A stretch of 64,000 nt of DNA from Octopus sinensis (taxonomy: Eukaryota): NCBI RefSeq assembly GCF_006345805.1, contig NW_021833252.1, positions 1-64,000 of the forward strand. Reading direction: 5' to 3'. Each line of letters opens with the position of its first letter. The first letter of the stretch is position 1. The position numbers and the translations under genes are program-made. Below are positions 33,540 to 45,800 of this stretch, in pieces. Under the pieces are notes generated by a model, which did no database searches, was not told the origin of the DNA, and was given only the letters and a program-made list of their open reading frames with translations.

Positions 33540-36500
33540 TTTCAGACTTTGATTTCAAAACCCAATAGGGGCTTCACTTTATGCAAGTCATCATTTTATT
33601 GTAAAACTAGTAGCTCGGGTTTGTTTTCTTTTCGACCCTTTAGAATTTCAGACTTTGAGTTCAAAACCCAATAGGGGCTTCACTTTATGCAAGTCATCAT
33701 TTTATTGTAAAACTAGTAGCTCGGGTTTGTTTTCTTTTCGACCCTTTAGAATTTCAGACTTTGATTTCAAAACCCAATAGGGGCTTAACTTTATGCAGTC
33801 ATCATTTTATTGTAAAACTAGTAGTATAGCCCGGCGTTGCTCGGGTTTGTTTTCTTTTCGACCCTTTAGAATTTCAGACTTTGAGTTCAAAACCCAATAG
33901 GGGCTTCACTTTATGCAAGTCATCATTTTATTGTAAAACTAGTAGCTCGGGTTTGTTTTCTTTTCGACCCTTTAGAATTTCAGACTTTGATTTCAAAACC
34001 CAATAGGGGCTTAAATTTATGCAGTCATCATTTTATTGTAAAACTAGTAGTATAGCCCGGCGTTGCTCGGGTTTGTTTTCTTTTCGACCCTTTAGAATTT
34101 CAGACTTTGAGTTCAAAACCCAATAGGGGCTTCACTTTATGCAAGTCATCATTTTATTGTAAAACTAGTAGCTCGGGTTTGTTTTCTTTTCGACCCTTTA
34201 GAATTTCAGACTTTGATTTCAAAACCCAATAGGGGCTTAACTTTATGCAGTCATCATTTTATTGTAAAACTAGTAGTATAGCCCGGCGTTGCTCGGGTTT
34301 GTTTTCTTTTCGACCCTTTAGAATTTCAGACTTTGAGTTCAAAACCCAATAGGGGATTCACTTTATGCAAGTCATCATTTTATTGTAAAACTAGTAGCTC
34401 GGGTTTGTTTTCTTTTCGACCCTTTAGAATTTCAGACTTTGATTTCAAAACCCAATAGGGGCTTAACTTTATGCAGTCATCATTTTATTGTAAAACTAGT
34501 AGTATAGCCCGGCGTTGCTCGGGTTTGTTTTCTTTTCGACCCTTTAGAATTTCAGACTTTGAGTTCAAAACCCAATAGGGGCTTCACTTTATGCAAGTCA
34601 TCATTTTATTGTAAAACTAGTAGCTCGGGTTTGTTTTCTTTTCGACCCTTTAGAATTTCAGACTTTGATTTCAAAACCCAATAGGGGCTTAACTTTATGC
34701 AGTCATCATTTTATTGTAAAACTAGTAGTATAGCCCGGCGTTGCTCGGGTTTGTTTTCTTTTCGACTCTTTAGAATTTCAGACTTTGAGTTCAAAACCCA
34801 ATAGGGGATTCACTTTATGCAAGTCATCATTTTATTGTAAAACTAGTAGCTCAGGTTTGTTTTCTTTTCGACCCTTTAGAATTTCAGACTTTGATTTCAA
34901 AACCCAATAGGGGCTTAACTTTATGCAGTCATCATTTTATTGTAAAACTAGTAGTATAGCCCGCGTTGCTCGGGTTTGTTTTCTTTTCGACCCTTTAGAA
35001 TTTCAGACTTTGAGTTCAAAACCCAATAGGGGCTTCACTTTATGCAAGTCATCATTTTATTGTAAAACTAGTAGTATAGCCCGGCGTTGCTCGGGTTGTT
35101 TTCTTTTCGACCCTTTAGAATTTCAGACTTTGATTTCAAAACCCAATAGGGGCTTAACTTTATGCAGTCATCATTTTATTGTAAAACTAGTAGTATAGCC
35201 CGGCGTTGCTCGGGTTTGTTTTCTTTTCGACCCTTTAGAATATCAGACTTTGAGTTCAAAACCCAATAGGGGATTCACTTAATGCAGTCATCATTTTATT
35301 GTAAAACTAGTAGTATAGCCCGGCGTTGCTCGGGTTTGTTTTCTTTTCGACCCTTTAGAATTTCAGACTTTGAGTTCAAAACCCAATAGGGGCTTAACTT
35401 TATGCAAGTCATCATTTTATTGTAAAACTAGTAGTATAGCCCGGCGTTGCTCGGGTTTGTTTTCTTTTCGACCCTTTAGAATTTCAGACTTGGAGTTCAA
35501 AACCCAATAGGGGCTTCACTTTATGCAAGTCATCATTTTATTGTAAAACTAGTAGTATAGCCCGGCGTTGCTCGGGTTTGTTTTCTTTTCGACCCTTTAG
35601 AATTTCAGACTTTGAGTCCAAAACCCAATAGGGGCTTCACTTTATGCAAGTCATCATTTTATTGTAAAACTAGTAGTATAGCCCGCGTTGCTCGGGTTTG
35701 TTTTCTTTTCGACCCTTTAGAATTTCAGACTTTGAGTTCAAAACCCAATAGGGGCTTCACTTTATGCAAGTCATCATTTTATTGTAAAACTAGTAGCTCG
35801 GGTTTGTTTTCTTTTCGACCCTTTAGAATTTCAGACTTTGATTTCAAAACCCAATAGGGGCTTAACTTTATGCAGTCATCATTTTATTGTAAAACTAGTA
35901 GTATAGCCCGGCGTTGCTCGGGTTTGTTTTCTTTTCGACCCTTTAGAATATCAGACTTTGAGTTCAAAACCCAATAGGGGATTCACTTAATGCAGTCATC
36001 ATTTTATTGTAAAACTAGTAGTATAGCCCGGCGTTGCTCGGGTTTGTTTTCTTTTCGACCCTTTAGAATTTCAGACTTTGAGTTCAAAACCCAATAGGGG
36101 CTTAACTTTATGCAAGTCATCATTTTATTGTAAAACTAGTAGTATAGCCCGGCGTTGCTCGGTTTGTTTTCTTTTCGACCCTTTAGAATTTCAGACTTGG
36201 AGTTCAAAACCCATAGGGGCTTCACTTTATGCAAGTCATCATTTTATTGTAAAACTAGTAGTATAGCCCGGCGTTGCTCGGGTTTGTTTTCTTTTCGACC
36301 CTTTAGAATTTCAGACTTTGAGTCCAAAACCCAATAGGGGCTTCACTTTATGCAAGTCATCATTTTATTGTAAAACTAGTAGTATAGCCCGGCGTTGCTC
36401 GGGTTTGTTTTCTTTTCGACCCTTTAGAATTTCAGACTTTGAGTTCAAAACCCAATAGGGGCTTCACTTTATGCAGTCATCATTTTATTGTAAAACTAGT

Positions 36501-39500
36501 AGTATAGCCCGGCGTTGCTCGGGTTTGTTTTTTTTCGACCCTTTAGAATTTCAGACTTTGAGTTCAAAACCCAATAGGGGCTTAACTTTATGCAAGGCAT
36601 CATTTTATTGTAAAACTAGTAGTATAGCCCGGCGTTGCTCGGGTTTGTTTTCTTTTCGACCCTTTAGAATTTCAGACTTTGAGTTCAAAACCCAATAGGG
36701 GCTTAACTTTATGCAAGTCATCATTTTATTGTAAAACTAGTAGTATAGCCCGGCGTTGCTCGGGTTTGTTTTCTTTTCGACCTTTAGAATTTCAGACTTT
36801 GAGTTCAAAACCCAATAGGGGCTTAACTTTATGCAGTCATCATTTTATTGTAAAACTAGTAGTATAGCCCGGCGTTGCTCGGTTTGTTTTCTTTTCGACC
36901 CTTTAGAATTTCAGACTTTGAGTTCAAAACCCAATAGGGGCTTAACTTTATGCAAGTCATCATTTTATTGTAAAACTAGTAGTATAGCCCGGCGTTGCTC
37001 GGGTTTGTTTTCTTTTCGACCCTTTAGAATTTCAGACTTTGAGTTCAAAACCCAATAGGGACTTAACTTTATGCAGTCATCAGTTTATTGTAAAACTAGT
37101 AGTATAGCCCGGCGTTGCTCGGGTTTGTTTTCTTTTCGACCCTTTAGAATTTCAGACTTTGAGTTCAAAACCCAATAGGGGCTTCACTTTATGCAAGTCA
37201 TCATTTTATTGTGAAACTAGTAGTATAGCCCGGCGTTGCTCGGGTTTGTTTTCTTTTCGACCCTTAAGAATTTCAGACTTTGAGTTCAAAACCCAATAGG
37301 GGCTTAACTTTATGCAGTCATCATTTTATTGTAAAACTAGTAGTATAGCCCGGCGTTGCTCGGGTTTGTTTTCTTTTCGACCCTTTAGAATTTCAGACTT
37401 TGAGTTCAAAACCCAATAGGGGCTTACCTTTATGCAAGTCATCATTTTATTGTAAAACTAGTAGTATAGCCCGGCGTTGCTCGGGTTTGTTTTCTTTTCG
37501 ACCCTTTAGAATTTCAGACTTTGAGTTCAAAACCCAATAGGGGCTTAACTTTATGCAAGTCATCATTTTATTGTAAAACTAGTAGTATAGCCCGGCGTTG
37601 CTCGGGTTTGTTTTCTTTTCGACCCTTTAGAATTTCAGACTTTGAGTTCAAAACCCAATAGGGGCTTAACTTTATGCAGTCATCATTTTATTGTAAAACT
37701 AGCAGTATAGCCCGGCGTTGCTCGGGTTTGTTTTCTTTTCGACCCTTTAGAATTTCAGACTTTGAGTTCAAAACCCAATAGGGGCTTAACTTTATGCAGT
37801 CATCATTTTATTGTAAAACTAGTTGTATAGCCCGGCGTTGCTCGGGTTTGTCTTCTTTTCGACCCTTTAGAATTTCAGACTTTGAGTTCAAAACCCAATA
37901 GGGGCTTAACTTTATGCAGTCATCATTTTATTGTAAAACTAGTAGTATAGCCCGGCGTTGCTCGGGTTTGTTTTCTTTTCGACCCTTTAGAATTTCAGAC
38001 TTTGAGTTCAAAACCCAATAGGGGCTTAACTTTATGCAGTCATCATTTTATTGTAAAACTAGTAGTATAGCCCGGCGTTGCTCGGGTTTGTTTTCTTTTC
38101 GACCCTTTAGAATTTCAGACATTGAGTTCAAAACCCAATAGGGGCTTCACTTTATGCAAGTCATCATTTTATTGTAAAACTAGTAGTATAGCCCGGCGTT
38201 GCTCGGGTTTGTTTTCTTTTCGACCCTTTAGAATTTCAGACTTTGAGTTCAAAACCCAATAGGGGATTCACTTTATGCAAGTCATCATTTTATTGTAAAA
38301 CTAGTAGTATAGCCCGGCGTTGCTCGGGTTTGTTTTCTTTTCGACCCTTTAGAATTTCAGACTTTGAGTTCAAAACCCAATAGGGGCTTCACTTTATGCA
38401 AGTCATCATTTTATTGTAAAACTAGTAGTATAGCCCGGCGTTACTCGGGTTTGTTTTCTTTTCGACCCTTTAGAATTTCAGACTTTGAGTTCAAAACCCA
38501 ATAGGGGCTTCACTTTATGCAGTCATCATTTTATTGTAAAACTAGTAGTATAGCCCGGCGTTGCTCGGGTTTGTTTTCTTCTCGACCCTTTAGAATTTCA
38601 GACTTTGAGTTCAAAACCCAATAGGGGCTTAACTTTATGCAAGTCATCATTTTATTGTAAAACTAGTAGCTGGGGTTTGTTTTCTTTTCGACCCTTTAGA
38701 ATTTCAGACTTTGATTTCAAAACCCAATAGGGGCTTCACTTTATGCAAGTCATCATTTTATTGTAAAACTAGTAGTATAGCCCGGCGTTGCTCGGGTTTG
38801 TTTTCTTTTCGACCCTTTAGAATTTCAGACTTGGAGTTCAAAACCCAATAGGGGCTTCACTTTATGCAGGCATCATTTTATTGTAAAACTAGTAGTATAG
38901 CCCGGCGTTGCTCGGGTTTGTTTTCTTTTCGACCCTTTAGAATTTCAGACATTGAGTTCAAAACCCAATAGGGGCTTCACTTTATGCAAGTCATCATTTT
39001 ATTGTAAAACTAGTAGTATAGCCCGGCGTTGCTCGGGTTGTTTTCTTTTCGACCCTTTAGAATTTCAGACTTTGAGTTCAAAACCAATAGGGGCTTCACT
39101 TTATGCAAGTCATCATTTTATTGTAAAACTAGTAGTATAGCCCGGCGTTGCTCGGGTTTGTTTTCTTTTCGACCCTTTAGAATTTCAGACTTTGAGTTCA
39201 AAACCAATAGGGGCTTCACTTTATGCAGTCATCATTTTATTGTAAAACTAGTAGTATAGCCGGCGTTGCTCGGGTTTGTTTTCTTTTCGACCCTTTAGAA
39301 TTTCAGACTTTGAGTTCAAAAACCAATAGGGGCTTAACTTTATGCAAGTCATCATTTTATTGTAAAACTAGTAGCTGGGGTTTGTTTTCTTTTCGACCCT
39401 TTAGAATTTCAGACTTTGAGTTCAAAACCCAATAGGGGCTTCACTTTATGCAAGTCATCATTTTATTGTAAAACTAGTAGTATAGCCCGGCGTTGCTCGG

Positions 39501-40370
39501 GTTTGTTTTCTTTTCGACCCTTTAGAATTTCAAACTTGGAGTTCAAAACCCAATAGGGGCTTCACTTTATGCAGGCATCATTTTATTGTAAAACTAGTAG
39601 TATAGCCCGGCGTTGCTCGGGTTTGTTTTCTTTTCGACCCTTTAGAATTTCAGACTTTGAGTTCAAAACCCAATAGGGGCTTCACTTTATGCAAGTCATC
39701 ATTTTATTGTAAAACTAGTAGTATAGCCCGGCGTTGCTCGGGTTTGTTTTCTTTTCGACCCTTTAGAATTTCAGACTTTGATTTCAAAACCCAATAGGGG
39801 CTTAACTTTATGCAGGCATCATTTTATTGTAAAACTAGTAGTATAGCCCGGCGTTGCTCGGGTTTGTTTTCTTTTCGACCCTTTAGAATTTCAGACTTTG
39901 ATTTCAAAACCCAATAGGGGCTTAACTTTATGCAGTCATCATTTTATTGTAAAACTAGTAGTATAGCCCGGCGTTGCTCGGGTTTGTTTTCTTTTCGACC
40001 CTTTAGAAATCTCAGACTTGGAGTTCAAAACCCAATAGGGGCTTCACTTTATGCAGGCATCATTTTATTGTAAAACTAGTAGTATAGCCCGGCGTTGCTC
40101 GGGTATGTTTTCTTTTCGACCCTTTAGAATTTCAGACTTGGAGTTCAAAACCCAATAGGGGCTTAACTTTATGCAGGCATCATTTTATTGTAAAAGTAGT
40201 AGTATAGCCCGGCGTTGCTCGGGTTTGTTTTCTTTTCGACCCTTTAGAATTTCAGACATTGAGTTCAAAACCCAATAGGGGCTTCACTTTATGCAGTCAT
40301 CATTTTATTGTAAAACTAGTAGTATAGCCCGGCGTTGCTCGGGTTTGTTTTCTTTTCGACCCTTTAGAAT
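33540..40370. repeat. Satellite 1: 120-121-bp monomer with a 106-bp deletion variant, about 58 units
   Basis: Exact 120-bp period at 37621-38100. The short variant lacks TATAGCCCGGCGTTG. Confidence 0.97.
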
Positions 40371-40705
40371 GGAAATTTTTGAAAAGTAAAAATTTTGCAT
40401 TATGTAGCTTGTTATTCTCTTTAAGTGAACATTTTTCTGGTTGAAATACACGGAAGAATGGCGGTACAGCAGTACAAAAAATCGTAAAAAATATTTATAG
40501 AAAAAAAGCACCTTTTTGATGTAAATAATTTTTGGTGTTAACACGGTCCGATTTGAATTTTATCTTCTACGGAATGAAGAGCAAACCTTCTTCTATCATA
40601 CTCTCAATTTTGGTCAACTTGTGCCGCAGTGTCTCAGAGGAGATAGTGTTAGTTGAAGGCTAACCAAACCTGCCACACGCAGACAACTTCAGTTTTATAT
40701 ATATG
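40316..40705 (-). mobile_element. Non-autonomous Helitron continuous with the last satellite 1 monomer
   Basis: Minus-strand 3' end CCCGAGCAACGCCGGGCTATACTA-CTAG|T. The 5' end TATATATAAAACTGAAGTTGTCTG resembles the other Helitrons in the window. Confidence 0.8.
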
Positions 40706-40912
40706 CCAGCAGTATAGCCCGGCATTGCTCAGGTTTGTTTCGACCCTTTAGAATTGGAATTTTTGAAAAGTAAAAATTTTGCATTATGCAACTTGTTATT
40801 CTCTTTAAGTGAACATTTTTCTGGTTGAAATACACCGAAAAATGGCGATGCAGCAGTAAAAAAATCGTAAAAAATAGGAATTTTCATAGAAAAAAAAGCA
40901 CCTTTTTTATGT
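40706..40912 (-). mobile_element. Second, truncated copy of the same Helitron in tandem
   Basis: Repeats 40316-40525 with substitutions. Confidence 0.75.
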
Positions 40913-40977
40913 AAGCGCATTGTGACCAGCGATGTGTAGCAACATCTGATAACCTGGTCGGTCACGGTGATCACGGT

Positions 40978-41400
<423 letters not shown>

Positions 41401-41684
41401 ACAAACGCGTGCGAGTTGACGTGCATATTCTTATGATGTTCCCGCAGATTCTCAGGTGAATAAGCTAACCGCTATTTGTGTTCGTAACATCTCCTTTACG
41501 ACGACTATGTGTTCATAACACACACAATTCATTATAGCACAAGGGATCCTGAGACGGCCGGTGTTTCGACATCGTTTTATCCCGTCAGCATAGGCACTCC
41601 CGGACTAATGAATGTAAGGGTCGAAACTCTTTTTTCTAAATTAAGCTGTTTGCTGTTTCTGCTGGCAGTTGCCAACCGATAACT

Positions 41685-42092
41685 GGATCTTTTCGGTTTG
41701 ACCGGCAGTTTTTCTAGCAGTCTCATATGAAATTGTCACCCATAATTATGACCCTTGCATTTCAATCTGTTTTAGGGTTAGAGTTAGGGTTAGGGGGAAG
41801 GGTATCGTTTTTTCTTCAGAAATTTAAATAAACCCAATCTGTTTCTTAAACAAGGGACATATTCATACGGCACAGAATGTTTTTTTTTTACCTCAATAGT
41901 CGTCACTGATTGGTTAAAATTGCAGAAATTGAAGAAAAACAACAACAAACATCTTACAAACCATAGAATTTTCTCAATAAAGCTACGAGAAAAATATGTT
42001 TTATAAACACATTCTACCAGTATACGAAGTTTAAAAGTGTTTAGTTACGTGGAAATTATTTTGAAAAACTGCCGGTTAAACCGAAAAGATCC
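41685..42092. mobile_element. MITE with TIRs of about 28 bp and an 8-bp TSD
   Basis: GGATCTTTTCGGTTTGACCGGCAGTTTT ... AAAACTGCCGGTTAAACCGAAAAGATCC. Flanks CGATAACT (41677-41684) and CGATAATT (42093-42100). Confidence 0.88.
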
Positions 42093-42605
42093 CGATAATT
42101 AATCATCGTATACACAGTGATGCGCGTGTTTCTGTGATATTTATATATATATCTGGGAGGCGGCGTAATTTAAAACTTTTAATTTCTTTTTTCGATCTCA
42201 ACAACCTTCGTCTTGACTCTAATGATTAATGTTTGTCGTAAGAGATTTTAACTTTTCATTTTTAAAAAGAAAAATTTGGCGTCTGCGAGAGTAGTGGTCG
42301 GAGGAGGGTCTTAATGGTGGTAGCAGCCTTCTAGTCATGTGACTATTGAAGAGATATTCTTTAAACTTTGAGAGAAGTGCGATAGCGATAGGGGACTGGG
42401 GAAGGGAGACAAGATGAGAATGAAGGGGAGCTGGAAGTAAAGAGAGAGGGAGAGAACAACAAAAGGAGACCTGAACTCGGCTGGAACTGTTCGCAGGTAA
42501 ATGGACTGGAACAGCACAAAATGTGGTCTGGTGCTCAAGGACACAGCAACAACACGATCCATTAGCCTGCACACCTCTACACGTTATCAGTAAAGTATTA
42601 GTATA

Positions 42606-42853
42606 GGATCTTTTCGGTTTGACCGCCAGTTTTTTAAAAAAATTTCCACGTAACTAAATACTTTTAAAATTCGAATACTGGTAGAATATGTTTATAAAAC
42701 ATCTTTATTCTCTTGGCTTTATTGAGAAAATTCTATAGTTTGTAAGATATTTGTTGTTTTTTTTCTTCAATTTCTGCAATTTCAATCAATCAATGACCGA
42801 CTATTGAGGTGAAAACATTCTGTGCCGTATGAATATGTCCCTCGTTTAAGAAT
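42606..42853. mobile_element. Truncated copy of the same MITE, opposite orientation
   Basis: Reverse complement of about 41845-42092. Confidence 0.85.
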
Positions 42854-42856
42854 CAG

Positions 42857-45800
42857 GGATCTTTTCGGTTTGAACGGCAGTTTTTTAAAATAATTTCCAT
42901 GTAACTAAACACTTTTAAACTTCGTATACCGGTAGAATGTGTTTATAAAACATCTTTTTCTCTTGGCTTTATTGAGAAAATTCTAGAGTGGATCTTTTCC
43001 TTTTGAACGGCATACAATTTCTAGTTAACTAAACACTTTAAAACTTCGTATACTAGTAGAATGTGTTTATAAAACATCTTTTTCTCTTGGCTTTATTGAG
43101 AAAATTCTATAGTGGATTTTTCCTTTTGAACGGTACACAATATCTAGTTAACTAAACGCTTTTAAACTTCGTATACTGGTAGAATGTGTTTATAAAACAT
43201 CTTTTTCTCTTGGCTTTAATGAGAAAATTCTATAGTGGATCTTTTCCTTTTGAACGGCACACAATTTCTAGTTAACTAAACACTTTTAAACTTCGTATAC
43301 TGGTAGAATGTGTTTATAAAACATCTTTTTCTCTTGCCCTTATTGAGAAAATTCTAAGGTGGATCTTTTCCTTTTGAACGGTACACAATTTCTAGTTAAC
43401 GGAACACTTTTAAACTACGTATACTGGTAGAATGTGTTTATAAAACATCTTTTTCTCTTGGCTTTATTGAGAAAATTCTATAGTGGATCTTTTCCTTTTG
43501 AACGGCATACAATTTCTAGTTAACTAAACACTTTTAAACTTCGTATACTGGTAGAATGTTATAAAACATCTTTTTCTCTTGGCTTTATTGAGAAAATTCT
43601 ACAGTGGATCTTTTCCTTTTGAAAGGTACACGATATCTAGTTAACTAAACACTTTTAAACTTCGTATACTGGTAGAATGTGTTTATAAAACATCTTTTTC
43701 TCTTGGCTTTATTGAGAAAATTCTATAGTGGATCTTTTCCTTTTGAACGGTACACGATATCTAGTTAACTAAACGCTTTTAAACATCGTATACTGGTAGA
43801 ATGTGTTTATAAAACATCTTTTTCTCTTGGCTTTATTGAGAAAATTCTATAGTGGATCTTTTCCTTTTGAACGGCACACAAATTCTAGTTAACTAAACGC
43901 TTGAAACTTCGTATACTGGTAGAATGTGTTTATAAAACATCTTTTTCTCTTGGCTTTATTGAGAAAATTCTATAGTGGATCTTTTCCTTTTGAACGGTAC
44001 ACGATATCTAGTTAACTAAACGCTTTTAAACTTCGTATACTGGTAGAATGTGTTTATAACACATCTTTTTCTCTTGGCTTTATTGAGAAAATTCTATAGT
44101 GGATCTTTTCCTTTTGAACGGCACACAAATTCTAGTTAACTAAACACTTGAAACTTCGTATACTGGTAGAATGTGTTTATAAAACATCTTTTTCTCTTGG
44201 CTTTATTGAGAAAATTCTATAGTGGATCTTTTCCTTTTGAACGGTACACGATATCTAGTTAACTAAACGCTTTTAAACTTCGTATACTGGTAGAATGTGT
44301 TTATAAAACATCTTTTTCTCTTGGCTTTATTGAGAAAATTCTATAGTGGATCTTTTCCTTTTGAACGGCACACAAATTCTAGTTAACTAAACACTTTAAA
44401 CTTCGTATACTGGTAGAATGTGTTTATAAAACATCTTTTTCTCTTGGCTTTTTTGAGAGATTTCTATAGTGGATCTTTTCCTTTTGAACGGTACACAATT
44501 TCTAGTTAACTAAACACGTTAAACTTCGTATACTGGTAGATTGTTTTTATAAAGCATCGTTTTCTCTTGGCTTTATTGACAAAATTCTATAGTGGATCTT
44601 TTCCTTTTGAACGGCAGACAATTTCTAGTTAACTAAACACGTTAAACTTCGTATACTGGTAGATTGTTTTTATAAAACATCTTTTTCTCTTGGCTTTATT
44701 GAGAAAATTCTATAGTGGATCTTTCCCTTTTGAAAGGTACACAATTTCTAGTTAACTAAACACTGTTAAACTTCTTATACTGGTAGATTGTTTTTATAAA
44801 ACATCGTTTTCACTTGGCTTTATTGAGAAAATTCTATAGTGGATCTTTTCCTTTTGAACGGCACACAATTTCTAGTTAACTAAACACGTTAAACTTCGTA
44901 TACTGGTAGATTGTTTTTATAAAACATCTTTTTCTCTTGGCTTTATTGAGAAAATTCTATATTGGATCTTTTCCTTTTGAAAGGCACACAATTTCTACTT
45001 AACTAAACGCTTCTAAACTTCGTTTACTTGTAGAATGTGTTTATAAAACATCTTTTTCTCTTGGCTTTATTGAGAAAATTCTATAGTGGATTTTTTCCTT
45101 TTGAACGGTACACAATTTGTAATTAACAAAGCACTTTTAAACTTCGTATACTGGTAGAATGTGTTTATAAAACATCTTTTTCTCTTGGCTTTATTGAGAA
45201 AATTCTATAGTGGATCTTTTCCTTTTGAACGGCACACAATTTCTAGTTAACTAAACGCTTTTAAACTTCGTATACTGGTAGAATATGTTTATAAAACATC
45301 TTTTTCTCTTGGCTTTATTGTGAAGATTCTATGGTGGATCTTTACCTTTTGAACGGCACACAATTTCTATTTAAGTAAACACTTTGAAACTTCGTATACT
45401 GGTAGATTGTTTGTATATAAAATGTTTTTCTCTTGGCCTTATTGAGAAAATTGTATAGTGGATCTTTTCCTTTTGAACGGCTCACAATTTCTAGTTAACT
45501 AAACACGTTAAACTTCGTATACTGGTAGATTGTTTTTATAAAACATCGTTTTCTCTTGGCTTTATTGAGAAAATTCTATAGTGGATCTTTTCCTTTTGAA
45601 CGGCAGACAATTTCTAGTTAACTAAACACGTGAAACTTCGTATACTGGTAGATTGTTTTTATAAAACATCTTTTTCTCTTGGCTTTATTGAGAAAATTCT
45701 ATAGTGTATCTTTCCCTTTTGAAAGGTACACAATTTCTAGTTAACTAAACACTGTTAAACTTCGTCTACTGGTAGATTGTTTTTATAAAACATCGTTTAC

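Noticed and set aside
34923-39435. Recurring 60-90 aa ORFs in satellite 1
   Set aside because: They are by-products of 1-bp indels in a non-coding repeat.
42219-42574. Minus-strand ORFs of 117 and 79 aa between the MITE copies
   Set aside because: Low-complexity purine/pyrimidine-biased sequence with no recognisable homology.
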